DNA of 64,000 nucleotides from Marsupella aquatica (taxonomy: Eukaryota; Plantae; Marchantiophyta), in the NCBI GenBank assembly GCA_973895155.1, contig OZ316893.1:21436955-21500954 (forward strand), given 5' to 3'. The position numbers were made by a program, and so were the translations under genes. The notes beneath the pieces were generated by a model. That model worked only from the letters and a program-made list of their open reading frames with translations, was not told the DNA's origin and did no database searches. This document shows, one piece after another, positions 24,744-36,760 of the stretch (its first letter is position 1; every line of letters starts with the position of its first letter).

Positions 24744-25358
24744 ATTAAGGCTAAATGATGGCGTGCTGAGGTGGCAGGCAGGGTGATGGAGCACGAGTAG
24801 TACGATGATCGATTCGGTCGATCGAAGTAAATGCTTCACCTCCAACGTTCCCCTCCTGGATGAGTATCACCAACGATTCCCATTATTACGGAGACCTTTC
24901 CTCCTCTCCTCTCCTCTCCTCTCCCCTCCTCTCTCCTGCTGCTGCTGTTCCTCTTTTGGCCAATCGCCTGAATGGGGGATCGTTTCGTGATCGATCGATG
25001 TCGACCCACTTTTGCCTCGTCCAAGTTCAGTCCGGCCGGGTTGCGAATTGATCGAGGGAGTGTGAGGATTGACGCCTCTTTCGTTTTGGAGCTTTTCTGG
25101 ACGAGGGGTTGCTCGTTCGATTGATTTCCGAATTGCTTCCTCTCCCTCTCTCTGTCTCTCTCTCTCTCTGTCTCCCTCTCTCTCGACCTCGTGTCGGTAG
25201 GTTTCTTTCATCGGGATTGCACATTTATCGAGGAATTGTGAGGAGTTTTTTGGTCTGTTTTTTGGTCTGTTTTGTGGTCTGTTTTTTGTGTGTGTGGACC
25301 TAAGGATTGGGGTTTAAGTCAGGTTTGGTTGAAGTGAATTGTGGGATACATTCGAGAC

Positions 25359-27668
25359 ATGGCGGGGGAGAATGCGGATGGGAGTGGATGGGGGCGGGAG
25401 GAGGCGACAGGCTCGCCCCTGCCCGACACGCCAGGCGTAGGAGCGTCGCCGCAAGTGCGTCGAGATGAGGTAGCGGACGGGTTACCTGGATACAGTTTGG
25501 CGTCTGTGGCGTTCAGCCGGCCTCTGACGGGGACTATAACGGACGAGGATTTGCAATCGATGACCAAGCAATTCGCCATCAAGGGGTTGTTGTTCACGGT
25601 CGTCGGAGTGGTGGCCATTCTCTTCCCATTCCTCTTCGGGCTGGCTGTCGAGCAATTGCTGGCGTGGCTTCTGGTGCTCGGGGGAGGGATCACTATCGTC
25701 CAATTTCTGGTGGTTTGTGGGGCCCCAGGGACCACCTCGGTCTTGCTGCTCGGCGCCCTCCACTTCGCCGTAGGCTTGTGGCTGCTCCTCCGGCCCATCG
25801 AGGGCCTTCAGGCCCTCACTCTCGTCCTCACCGGATGGTTCCTTGTCCATGTTAGCATCTTTCTCTTTTCCTTTTCCGTTACGCTCTGAAGCACTGTTTT
25901 CATTGTCTTTGTCAAATCTGAAATATCTATGACGTTTGGATGCCAATGTCGGGTTGGAAAGTTGGAATGCAGCCTGAAAAGGCAGTCCAAGGATGAGTCT
26001 TCTTGATGTGTCCATGGTTCGCTGTCTGTTCCGTTTCTCTCTATGCATGGTCTGGATCCTTTGTTCCTCACCTTCAAGATATTTTTCTGCTCTGCTATTT
26101 CCCAAACGGGTCTAGCCGACCCAATTCTGCGGAGCATCAAAAGTATTGATTTTAAGTGCTGTGAGCGAATCCTTTCTCCGATAGTTGTAGTCTATGATCA
26201 TTGTGGGTTTCTTCTTGGATTTGTTTCTTTCAAGAAGTGTTCCATTCCAGTAGATCTGATGAGTGTAAACTATATCTTTTTTGTGATCTCCAAACATATC
26301 TATATCAAAGGAGGAGTATTCATTATAACTTCAAATTTTATAATTTTTTTTAATCGTTGCTTAAACTCAATGCGATGAAGGACTGAATGCAGTGAACGAC
26401 TTGAAGTCCAGCAATTTCCAATGTCTTAGAGACAGAATATACATGAACCAATGCAATAAGTCGGAGAGATAAAAGAAAACGAAGCATCCAATAGAAATCC
26501 TGGGATTAAAACTCAATAGTCCTTTTCGAAGCGATGTATAGGTCTGCTCTCTCTCTTCGGCAAATTTCCTTATGGATCTGGAAACGCAGAGGTGGTCCTC
26601 ATAGGCAAAGTAGTCACTGACATTTAAAATACTTTGTGAAGATTTGTGCGCGGGGCTTCGGTTTACGTGTTACTTCTTCTACAAGTTGCTTTCATTCGAA
26701 CTCCTGGAAATCGAGGTCGCACACCATTGTGACCAGCTTGGACAACAGTCAAGAGAGAAATGAGATAATAAGTCTAAAAAATGGTTCAATGTGGAAGGAA
26801 CGGTTTTGTTAAGTCGTACGAGGGATCCTATCGTGGACCTAGCAAAGGAATTACGATGAAGCTCTGGCTTGATTTTGTAAGGCATCCTAATCTCACTACC
26901 CGTGGACTTCCCATGTGGATCTATCATCATTTGTAGCTGTGAATGGATGTTGGCCATTCCTGCCTCATGTATATTGTAGGCAGAATCTTATTTCCTACGG
27001 TTGACAGAATTGTCTTTGTGGACTGGTAACTTGCGCAGGGTTTTCTGAAACTGTTGCTGGCTTTTCAATTACGTGATGTATCAAGCTGGCCGGCAGTGTT
27101 GGTCAGCGGACTCATTTCGATCGGACTGGGTGTTTTCATCGCATGGCTTACTCCAACCTATGGGCTCCTGCTGCTGGGCATCATCTTTGGTGCCGACCTT
27201 CTGTCGACTGGGATCTCTATGCTTATGATTTCTCTGGTGGCTTGCGTTGGCAGAGGTTCAAATCTGATCGTAATCCCCGTGCCAGTCGTTTACAATCCCA
27301 CGAGCTGATGTGCCCATGCAATTTTGGTTCTGCTTCTAGTTGCTAACCTTTGGCGTAGATTTCTTTCCAGTTTAAACCCTTCTTTTAAAGAATGGCTGCT
27401 AGAATGTTTATGTCCCTACAGAATACCGTTACATTGACGGTTTTGCATTTTGAGAAAGGTTTGGTCAGTCATAAAGTGTATGTGTAGAGACTACTCCGGT
27501 TTATAGCTCTATCCTTGGTAAATATGTGAACTTTTTGGCCATTATTTCAATTTCTCATATCTTATGGAATGCCCAGGTCGTTCCTCTATAATGGATGCCG
27601 AGCACGCCCGGGAGCCTTTACTGCATCCCAACGGTAGCGGACCCCCAGCTGCAGCAGCATCTGCTTGA
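25359..27668 (+). CDS. HdeD/DUF308-like multi-pass membrane protein, paralog B; exons 25359-25850, 27039-27255, 27577-27668
   Basis: Translation includes IKGLLFTVVGVVAILFP...LLAWLLVLGG...CGAPGTT...GWFLVH|GFLKLLLA...WPAVLVSG...FGADLLSTG. Intron positions and phases are the same as in paralog A. The third exon reads RSSIMDAEHAREPLL... Confidence 0.85.
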
Positions 27669-28957
27669 GGTTTTTGAGAGTTTTCACTGGATTTCCCTTC
27701 ATGACAAATTGCACCTTCAGCGAAGGGCGTGAGCCACATCTGAACGAGGAAGATGTAATCTTGAATTACAGGTCAGGGTTTAGGCAGCAGTATTCTAGCA
27801 ATCTGGGATTCTTTAGTTGATTGGACGTTGATTCCCAATACAAAAACTTTCCAGGCTCTGAAGTACATATGTTGATAGTCAATGCTGTAAATATTTTGAG
27901 GCTAACACCATAGCTTTGTTGTATGAAACACCAAACTGATGCAAATCTGATTTCGATGTTATCAGACTCTTTGCTAGAGCACAAACTGAAGATTGAAGAT
28001 CACAGAGGAAACTCTATTTGTAGAAAATTATCACCAAGAGCTGTCTGCTTCAGCTGGTCTGGATCGTCCCTAGTCAGTAGTGTGGCTTAATCTCTCAAAT
28101 GACAATGGTTGAATCAGGGATCTCCCATGACGCTTTGAATTTTGCCATGGACAAAAACGACGCCTGTACAACCAGTGAGATCATGTTAGACTCACCTGCA
28201 ATATGTGACTTGATCGTTTGAATGAGTTCGTTTACATCTTTCGTCGCGAATCGGCTTGTTCGCAGTTCTAATCTGAAGTGGTTTATTTGCGTTTTCCATC
28301 TTGATTGTTTTGATCATGGCCATCTTTGAGTGGGTGTTCGCATTTCTCACCTTGATTGACTTCATTTGCGTCTCTTTGAGAAGTTTCGTGCAACATAGTT
28401 GCTTCCAGAGAGGCAGAATATTTCGTGCGAGATAGTTGCCACATAGCATCATGTACTGAAGGAATTTTCTGAGACCAAAGCATTCATGCTACTCTTGGAA
28501 GGGAAATAAGCGGAACTCCAAGATATTCCAAACTGGGAACTCTGTATTCCCCACTAATGCTATTATAAATGTGAAGAAAAGTTACTCGAAGCCCTTTCTC
28601 GCGTTGTTAATGGATTCCGTACAAGGCCATTAAGCGGTGTCCCTGCAGCAGTATGGATTGCCAACAGAACTAAACAATGCATACTAAAAGATGGATCTAC
28701 TTCTCGGTTCCTAAACCTCCTCATTGGGTATCACCTCAAAGTACTGGGGCAGTAGTTTTAGGTATTGTCACCCCAACAAGACAGAACGATTGTCTGTCCT
28801 AATTCTGTTTGACGGACATCAACCACTGGGCCTCGGGTAGAAAATGTGCTGATGCATCGATACGGGAGTGTCCCACGAGATCCTCATGGAAGATATCCCA
28901 AGTCTTTACCACCTAGAGTGGCAACGAACTACTAAAATTGTACCAGGTTTGCTCACA

Positions 28958-29225
28958 TTAGGCTGAACAAAGTGAAAAAGAACCAAAAAATGAAGTAAAC
29001 ACAAAAAAACAAATCATGTTCTCCTCATCTTTTTCGTCTGCTTACGTTAGACTGAACAAAGTGAAAAAGAACCAAAAAATGAAGTAAACACAAAAAAAAA
29101 CAAATCATTAAATGTTCTCCTCATCTCTTTCCTCTGCCTAGGTAAGCCACCATGATCCCTCTTTCCTCTGCCTACGTAAGCCACCATGATCTTGCCTACG
29201 TAAGCCATCATGATCTTGCCTGAAT
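28958..29225. repeat. Local duplications (about 88 bp x2; about 23-30 bp x3)
   Basis: TTAG.CTGAACAAAGTGAAAAAGAACCAAAAAATGAAGTAAACAC occurs twice and CCTA(C/G)GTAAGCCA(C/T)CATGATC three times. Confidence 0.85.
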
Positions 29226-29301
29226 ACAATATTGCATACAATACATTGGATTTTGTTTTTGTTCTCTTTAGAACAAGGGAAATTGTATAGAAATACAATA
29301 T

Positions 29302-32300
29302 TGTTATACCCTAACTAGACTCCATGGTTACCTTAACCATAGTTACCGTATAGGATAACTCGGACGGAGACTATATATAGAGATGCACCCATCATTCTAT
29401 ACAGAGGAACATTATCATTTCCCGCATCATTCCTCAACACGTTATCACCACGACTCTAGACCAGCTGAGCTTGATCATGATTTTTTTTTAGGAATTTCCC
29501 TATGGCTATGATGAATGAATGTGTTCTCTTAAGGATTTCCAAGTTATGGAGGAGAATTGAATTGGGAGTGAGAAGACTAGTAGTTTGAACCACCAAGAGA
29601 ACATGAGTCACGTTGAAGCAACGACAGGATGTAGCATTGTGGTCGCGCCGAGAGCAAGCTTATGAAGGCTGTGATATGATCAAAAGAAATTTTGTTTTGA
29701 AGGGTGATTCTGAAGATCGTGTGGGAAAGCAGTATTCAAGACAATGATTTGAGTCAAGTGGAAAGCTATGGCTGAGGCAAGAGAGATCGAGTTCAGCCGC
29801 GCTGCTTCCTTCTACCCAACCAGGCCAGATCAACCTAAATCACTCGAGGCGATGAGTTGACAACCTTAACAAGAGGCAGAAAGAGAAGAGCAGAGACCGG
29901 AAGCCAATCAGAGACAGCCTTGAATGAAGCCGGGTGGATCGAGAGCAAATCAGGACCCGATCGGGATCATAAGAAAATCTTTCAAAACCCTAACCTCATA
30001 AGGGACGAACGTAGGCGCCTTCTCTTCACCTGAATTTCACAATGTTTCTCAACCGCTGACAGTTTCTTGTTGGTCGATCTGCGAGCCATAAAGGATGAAA
30101 GGAAATGCCCATTACACACGATCGAGTGAAGTACAGGCATTACAAGAGCCCAAACATGGATGTTGAATTGGTCGTTTGCTGATTCAATGAAGATTTCAAT
30201 AAGAGCCATTTGATACAGTCGTATCAAATTGGAGAAGATAGAAGCAAATGTCGTGGAGGAAGAACATCTTGGCTTTGGTTGTGAACGTACGGGAGATGGC
30301 ATCCAGCGAAAGAAACAAGTCATCGTTGTGGGGTCTAGATTTGATAGCATTTTCTGAATCCTAAATATGGAATGTTGTGCTTGTCCAAGAATGAGCCTGA
30401 GAATCTGATCGCAATCAAAGAATGAGCCAAAGCGACAAGTGAGATTTCAAGAGACACACATGAGTGACTTAAACATGCAACATTCGATCTCAAAATCCTC
30501 GAGAAAAACTCGAACACCAGATAAGTGCAACCCTCATTAAATGCACAGTATAGTAAAGAGTTTCTGAAATACAAATGCTTGGGTGCACTTATCCAAAGAC
30601 AAGAGAATCCCATGTGTTTCAGTGCAAAATCTTCATTTTTGAAAAACTATCCATATATGCACATATTAACAAAGAAAATCTTGTTGACAACGGATGTTTT
30701 GCACTTATGGATAAACAAATGAAATGGAAAATGATAAGTGCACATTGCAAATTTACACAGCAATTTACACAGTTTACACATGTAAACACATCAACTGGTT
30801 TAGGGAAATTACATGTCACTTGTTGAATTTGCATACATTAACATGCCTTACATGTGCAACACATGCTTTACATGCATTTGACATATTTACATGTCATACC
30901 ACCCTTACTTGACTTTGCACATTGGAAATAATGGTTTTATACCAAATATCTCTACTTTCCATTTACAAAGTGGTTGTTACACCCATTTCAATCACAAAAT
31001 GGTTTTTACATCATTTTACACCCCTAGTTTACACCTAATGATACCATTCTAGATTATACCTCATGACACCAGTTTACACTGGTGTATGTCTTACCATTGT
31101 ATAATCCCATGCTTTACATTGGGTTTATACTTGTTTACACTGGTTACACCTGATTACACCTGCTTATAGCATTTACACTGGTTTACACCAATTTACACCA
31201 TCAGGGGGAGTAAACTTTGGTCCATACACTTTTTGGTGTGTAAATTGACCATTTACAACTTTTACACCAATTGACATGGGTTTACACCCATTTACACCCT
31301 ACATTAGGGCAATATCTTACTTAAGGGCCTTATCCTCATGGTCTTTACACCATAAACAACTCCAACGAGAGCTTTTATAGCCATCGTTCGGTGGGATGAT
31401 AGTTTTTAAGTACGGAACTAATACCATACCTTTAACCATGCTCTATGACCTAGTTTTTGAGGTATTTTGGTAAGGTATAGATTTTCTGAGATCCAGTGAT
31501 CGATGGCAGATATGTTTCTCACGAAAGATCCAGAATAATCTAAGGTACAGTACTTCAGGTTAGTTCCATGACCTTAGTTTCTGGCCATATCCAAAAGCGG
31601 ATAATCAATAACCCTTTAGGGGTTTAACTGCGAATATCTAGAAACCCAAAGAAAACTCAAATCAGAATGAGTAATGAGGGGTTAATATGGACAAACCCCA
31701 TAACTTTGTCCGGTCCAACTTAATTCTAGCTTTCAACTATAATATATGCATAAAATGCATATTTAGGGGGAGAAAGTTTATTTTCTCAAACCCCAATCAC
31801 ACTTGATTTACCCACTACGAGTACATTTTGGTACTTGGTCATTAAGTGGGATCTTTTGACTATCACTAGCTCTAAACTATTTTTATATGGAGTTGTTTGA
31901 CGTTTATGAATATCACTTTACCTCCGCAAGATAGCGAATCATTTTGAGCTAGCATTTCTCTGTGCTATGACACACATGGACGTTCGACTGGATGTTTGGA
32001 TTCGACAGGGTTATTTGTGAAGTTATATTGACTTGACACTTTTTGTCAAAATATGAAAACTGCAGACGTGCAGGACAGACGTGCCATATTATACACACAC
32101 CCGTTGGTGTTGTGAATGCACACCCTTTGGTGCTGCAGATTATTTTTCACATAAAAACTATTTGATACTACATGTTTTTGAAATCTAAGATTGAGAGATT
32201 TCTTTGTGTGTCGACTACACACGCTTGCGAATTGTGCATTTTGCACAAGAACCCTCTATTTAAGAATCTAATTAGGAGTCCTTGAACTCTAAGGGAGAGT

Positions 32301-33026
32301 TTCGATATTTGAGTTTTACGAGAATAATATATTCCTCGAAACCTTGTTTTGAAGGGGAGATCATATTTTTTGGACTTTTTACATCCCATACTTTACGCAC
32401 TGAGTTGCACGAGATGACATTATTTATTATTATACTTTACACTTTGCGCAGATGAGCCAGGGACAAGTGATTTTATGATAATAACTTAATTACTAATCAT
32501 TTTTTCATATATGTTTTAATTTGTATTCGATGCGAGGATGTATGTGCGGATGTATGCGCGATGGTGAGCGATTTGGAGACATGTCGCATTGTTGTTGAGT
32601 CGTTGAGCATATGACAACTTGTTCATTTTGACGGAGTGGAGTTGTTACTGTTAACTCCACATACCACCGGATTCACTTGAGGACCGACAGGGCTGTACTC
32701 TTTTTCCTTTAGAGCCGAGATATATATTTTTTCTCTGTTACCCTGATAGAGTTTTTTAGAGCTGTTAAAGGTTTTAACGAGGCAGTACCTTCCTCATTTG
32801 TACTCAAATCATGTCATGTTTATAAGCATGATAATCTAGTTAGAAGACTTTTTGTCTACATAGTTATCACTATATAGCCAAGGGGGAGTGTTATACCCTA
32901 CTAGACTCCATGGTTACCTTAACCATAGTTACCGTATAGGATAACTCGGACGGAGACTATATATAGAGATGCACCCATTCATTCTATAGAGAGAAACATT
33001 ATCATTTACCGCATCATTCCTCAACA
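29302..33026 (+). mobile_element. Non-autonomous Copia-like (Bianca-like) LTR retrotransposon; LTRs 29302-29439 and 32889-33026; TSD AATAT
   Basis: 138-bp TG...CA direct repeats differing by 3 substitutions and 2 one-base indels. TSD AATAT at 29297-29301 and 33027-33031. PBS-like CGTTATCACCACGA at 29440 and PPT AAGGGGGAG at 32880-32888. No recognisable gag/pol ORF inside. Confidence 0.9.
30750..31360. repeat. Degenerate TTTACAC microrepeat region inside the LTR element
   Basis: Many TTTACAC / TTACACC motifs, often paired with GGTTTA / GTGTA. Confidence 0.7.
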
Positions 33027-33044
33027 AATATTGCAGTCCAGGAT

Positions 33045-33200
33045 TGCAGTCAGTATATATTTTTGACAAAAGTATAGACAGTCGGTATATGTATCTTTGA
33101 CAAAAGTATATTGGGGGCTTTTTTGGGACCCATCACATAGTCGGTATATATTTTTGACAAAAGTATCTTGGGGGCTTTTTTTGGGACCCATCACATAGCT
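33045..33200. repeat. Tandem duplication, about 60 bp x2 plus a partial copy
   Basis: GTCGGTATAT...TTTGACAAAAGTAT.TTGGGGGCTTTTTTGGGACCCATCACATAG is repeated. Confidence 0.85.
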
Positions 33201-34545
33201 GAACATAGTTCAGCCAATCACTGTTCGTCATGTCCGGGGCTTGGATTCTTAGTTTTTAGGGCAAGCTTATATGGCCTACTTACCTCCAACAAGGGCTAGT
33301 GTACTTTGCCCCTCGTCCCATCCTTGTAGAATACATCTCAGAAAGGAGAACAGTTCCATACCATACACAGTCTTGTACGATACACTCGCCTTACGGTACA
33401 AGGATGGGAACTCGGCTGGGGATGGCCCTAGTCGCTCTCACATTCCCTTTTCTGTCGATGACGATCATGTTGGGTGAATTGCCACCAGAGGTGTTAAGAC
33501 GTGATATGGGTACTGCTTCACAATACCAGATAACCTGCGTCGAGTGGTTTTGCAAAACCGCCTAGCAAACTCTCCAAGACTTTCATAACTAAACTACAAA
33601 TGGGACTCCTAAGCTCATGGCCACCACCCTGAGCGACATCAACGACGTTGTTCTCAGTGTTCCGAATCACTGTTGAAATGAACCGATGAAGCCAATCAAC
33701 GTCTACATGGCGTCAGTGGTAACATAGGTACGAGTAGTCTAGCAACCAGTGAGACGGGTCATATTGCTTCACACAAAGGAGTCAGCAAGTAGCACGGGTT
33801 TTCAATATCCTGCCCTCCTGACCCTTCTACTGAAGAATTTGAGAAAACGCAAGTTTCCAATGCTATTGCCCTAACGAGCTTTGAACTCCACATCTGACAA
33901 CGACTAAAAAATTCCCACCAGATCTAAGACCTCAGTGATCGTCTTCGTTCAACATGTCTCCCTGTTCAATTTTCAAGCAGCAGGACTTGCCATCTGACCT
34001 CTCCCGTTGATAGTCTACAGTGCGTAGGATATGTCTATTAGAAAGATGTCGGGCACACTTCGTTTGAAATCTCGCGGAGAAGGACCAATTTTACTAAAAA
34101 CGGCCAAACAGAGTACAATGGAGTGAAAGCCAAAGAAGCCCAGGGAGGACAAACACAAAACTCAAACGAAGTAACCCTGAATACAAATCTTTAGATCTGA
34201 GGACTACGCTTTGACAGTAACAGTTAATAAAATAGACCCACCAGTGGGGACGCTCAGAAGCTATTTAAGTAACAAGTTCAATCCTTCTGGTTAGTTATGC
34301 CACATCTCTGCACAGATTCTGCCACTAACTACTCCGGACAGTCTCTTCTCTTCTCATCTACAAGTCCCATTCTGAATTTAACAGTGGTGTCCTAAATACT
34401 ACCTCCGTCCCGGCTTTACCCATCCTGTTTCTAAAATTGAATTTCACACTATACGATAATTGCCACATTGGTTAAGGGCAAGGAAGGGAACTGGACACTA
34501 AAGTTTGACTTCACCGTTGTAAAGCCTCTCAAAGATGTCGCTCCA

Positions 34546-35963
34546 CTAAGTCGAAATCTGTTTTTGAAACTGTACAAGTCTTTTGGGTGTCTTCCTTTTG
34601 GTCAGGGGTGGCCTCCACTTTGCTTTGCTTTCTCGATCACTTCCATCATCGTTCTTAAGAAGCCTCGACTTCCTCCTGCGCTGCTCTGGCGAAAGCTCTC
34701 GTTCTTCGTCGTCAGCTGCGCCAATCAACAGTTGTTGGCGGGCTTGCAATCTCAATTTCAATCGCTTTGTCATGTTGACCGGTACAGCTTTGTTGACTAC
34801 AATTGGACGATCTACTCTGTTCATGGTGAGATATCTCTCCTTAATCATATCCGTGACGATCATGTATGATTTTCTTGTGCCCTCGGCGGTTGGACACAAC
34901 CCGGAGGGTGGGCTATGCAGGGACCGATGCTCGGACTCCAAACGCCAGACAACCACACTTGATTTGTCTCCAAGGATGGCATCAGGAAGCACCTGAACGT
35001 AAATCATGTAGACTTGGTACCATATATGGTATTGTCCTCCCACGCGTCGCACCACATACAATTTTGAGTCATCGTCGCGGACCTCTACTTTGTTTATCAG
35101 GTACTTATCGTCGCCTGGTTTCACCCCTGTAAACCCAAAAGATAGATTAAAATCTTGACATCATGCTCACCACTTCCTGCACGATTTGATTTCCGGTTCC
35201 CTACTCCTACTTATTAGCTTCAACTTGAAGTCCGAAACTCCACACCCTCAGTCACTACAACAATGTTTAATAGGCACAGACGCTGCTAATCTCGTTGGAT
35301 GAATGGCATCACTTCCATGTATTCCAAAGTATAATTGCAATCAATGGAATTAACCACCCCGTTGGGAAGTCTCTAGGATATTAATGCCTGAAATGCAGCT
35401 ATGTTAGTCTGTGACGTTAACATGCACGCCGGAGCCGGAGCTTTGCTTCTGCTTAAGCAATTGTAAACGGGACTGACGGATTACGAGATTGCTTGCAAAG
35501 TATTGATACCTAAAATCGTTCACTAATTTACTCATTCATCCATCATGATTGGCATGACCAGTGCGGATATGAACTCACAAGTGGGGGCGTAGTTCGCGAC
35601 GTAGAGGCTCCCAGTGCCTCCCTCGCCTTCAAGGTGATGGAAACTCTCAATGATCCCGGGAACCAGAGAAGCCAGAGCTCTTTGGTCTCGAAAAAACGAC
35701 CACACTGCTTCTACCGGCACACCACGTACCTCCTTCACAAACTGCTGGAACTGCGTCCCAACCTTCTTATAAGCACTCGTACCCGCCGGTCCGCTCTTGA
35801 AACGATCTATCTGTGTATTCTGCTTTTGCTTTGCCTTCCGCGTCGAACACTCAATCTCAGCGGAACCGACAGATTCGACCAACGACCCCGTCTCCGAGTA
35901 CCCCACGAACTCAGACGAGAACTCCGAGATGGAATCATCGCATGGTGAGGCCTTTTCCTCCAT
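34546..35963 (-). CDS. Bet v1 / polyketide-cyclase (SRPBCC/START-fold) domain protein; exons 35963-35579 and 35126-34546
   Basis: Contains VRGVPVEAVWSFFRD...LVPGIIESFHHLEGEGGTGS (Bet v1 Gly-rich loop). A GT-AG intron joins in frame to WVKPGDDKYLINKVEVRDDD...SSVVVWRLES. Acidic/Ser-rich N-tail and basic C-tail. Confidence 0.75.
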
Positions 35964-36314
35964 GACTGAATCACGCGACCAACCAAACCGCAAGATCCTG
36001 ATGAACGGTTTGCCAATTCTCTCCCTTTTCGGTTCTCTACAGCGAGAAGTACGCTTTGCTGGTCCGAATACTTGCACATGTACAAGACGGATGCGATGGA
36101 GAGTATGTTCGTCCTTCGCAGTGACAACTTCTTCCAGACAGGCCAGTCCAGTGACATAGTTAGTCCCTTTCAATTCCCGTCTGCACGGCTGCCGGATCTG
36201 CCATCAAAACTCAACTCCCCGCACAACCACCACCATGAACAGCTACAATCTTTCGTAGACCTCTCGAATCATTTAAAAACTCTCTCCAGCACATCTCCCT
36301 CTACAGGCTCAATG

Positions 36315-36705
36315 TTCCACCTCTCTCCGACTCGACCTTCCAGTCCACAGACTCCGTGCCCTGAAATTGCTCTAATGGGTCGGTCTTACATATCTCACAT
36401 CTCTCTGACTCGACCTTCCCGACCACAAGCTCCGTTGCCCTGAAATTTCTCTCTCTCTCGCGATCTTTCAGTCTACAAATTCCGTGCATGAAATTGCTCT
36501 AGGGTTTTGCTCTCTCTCTCTCTCACTCTCTCTCTCACTCTCTCTCTCAATTTCGAGCTTGAATTGCGCTAATGGGGTTCGGGACCGATCTCTCTCTCTC
36601 GACCTTCAGTCTAAAAACTCCCTGCATTGAATGGACCTGACGGATTTGGGTTCCACCTCTCTCTCTCTCGCTCTCGACCGTCAGTATACGAACTCCGCGC
36701 ATGAA

Positions 36706-36747
<42 letters not shown>

Positions 36748-36760
36748 CTCTTTCTCTCTC
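36315..36760. repeat. Degenerate tandem units interleaved with (CT)n microsatellites upstream of the Bet v1-like gene
   Basis: Recurring CTCGACCTTC.AGTC...ACTCCG.GC.TGAAATT, plus a long (CT)n at about 36709-36760. Confidence 0.7.

Noticed and set aside
34546-35963. PYR/PYL ABA receptor
   Set aside because: The gate (SGLPA) and latch (HRL) motifs are absent.
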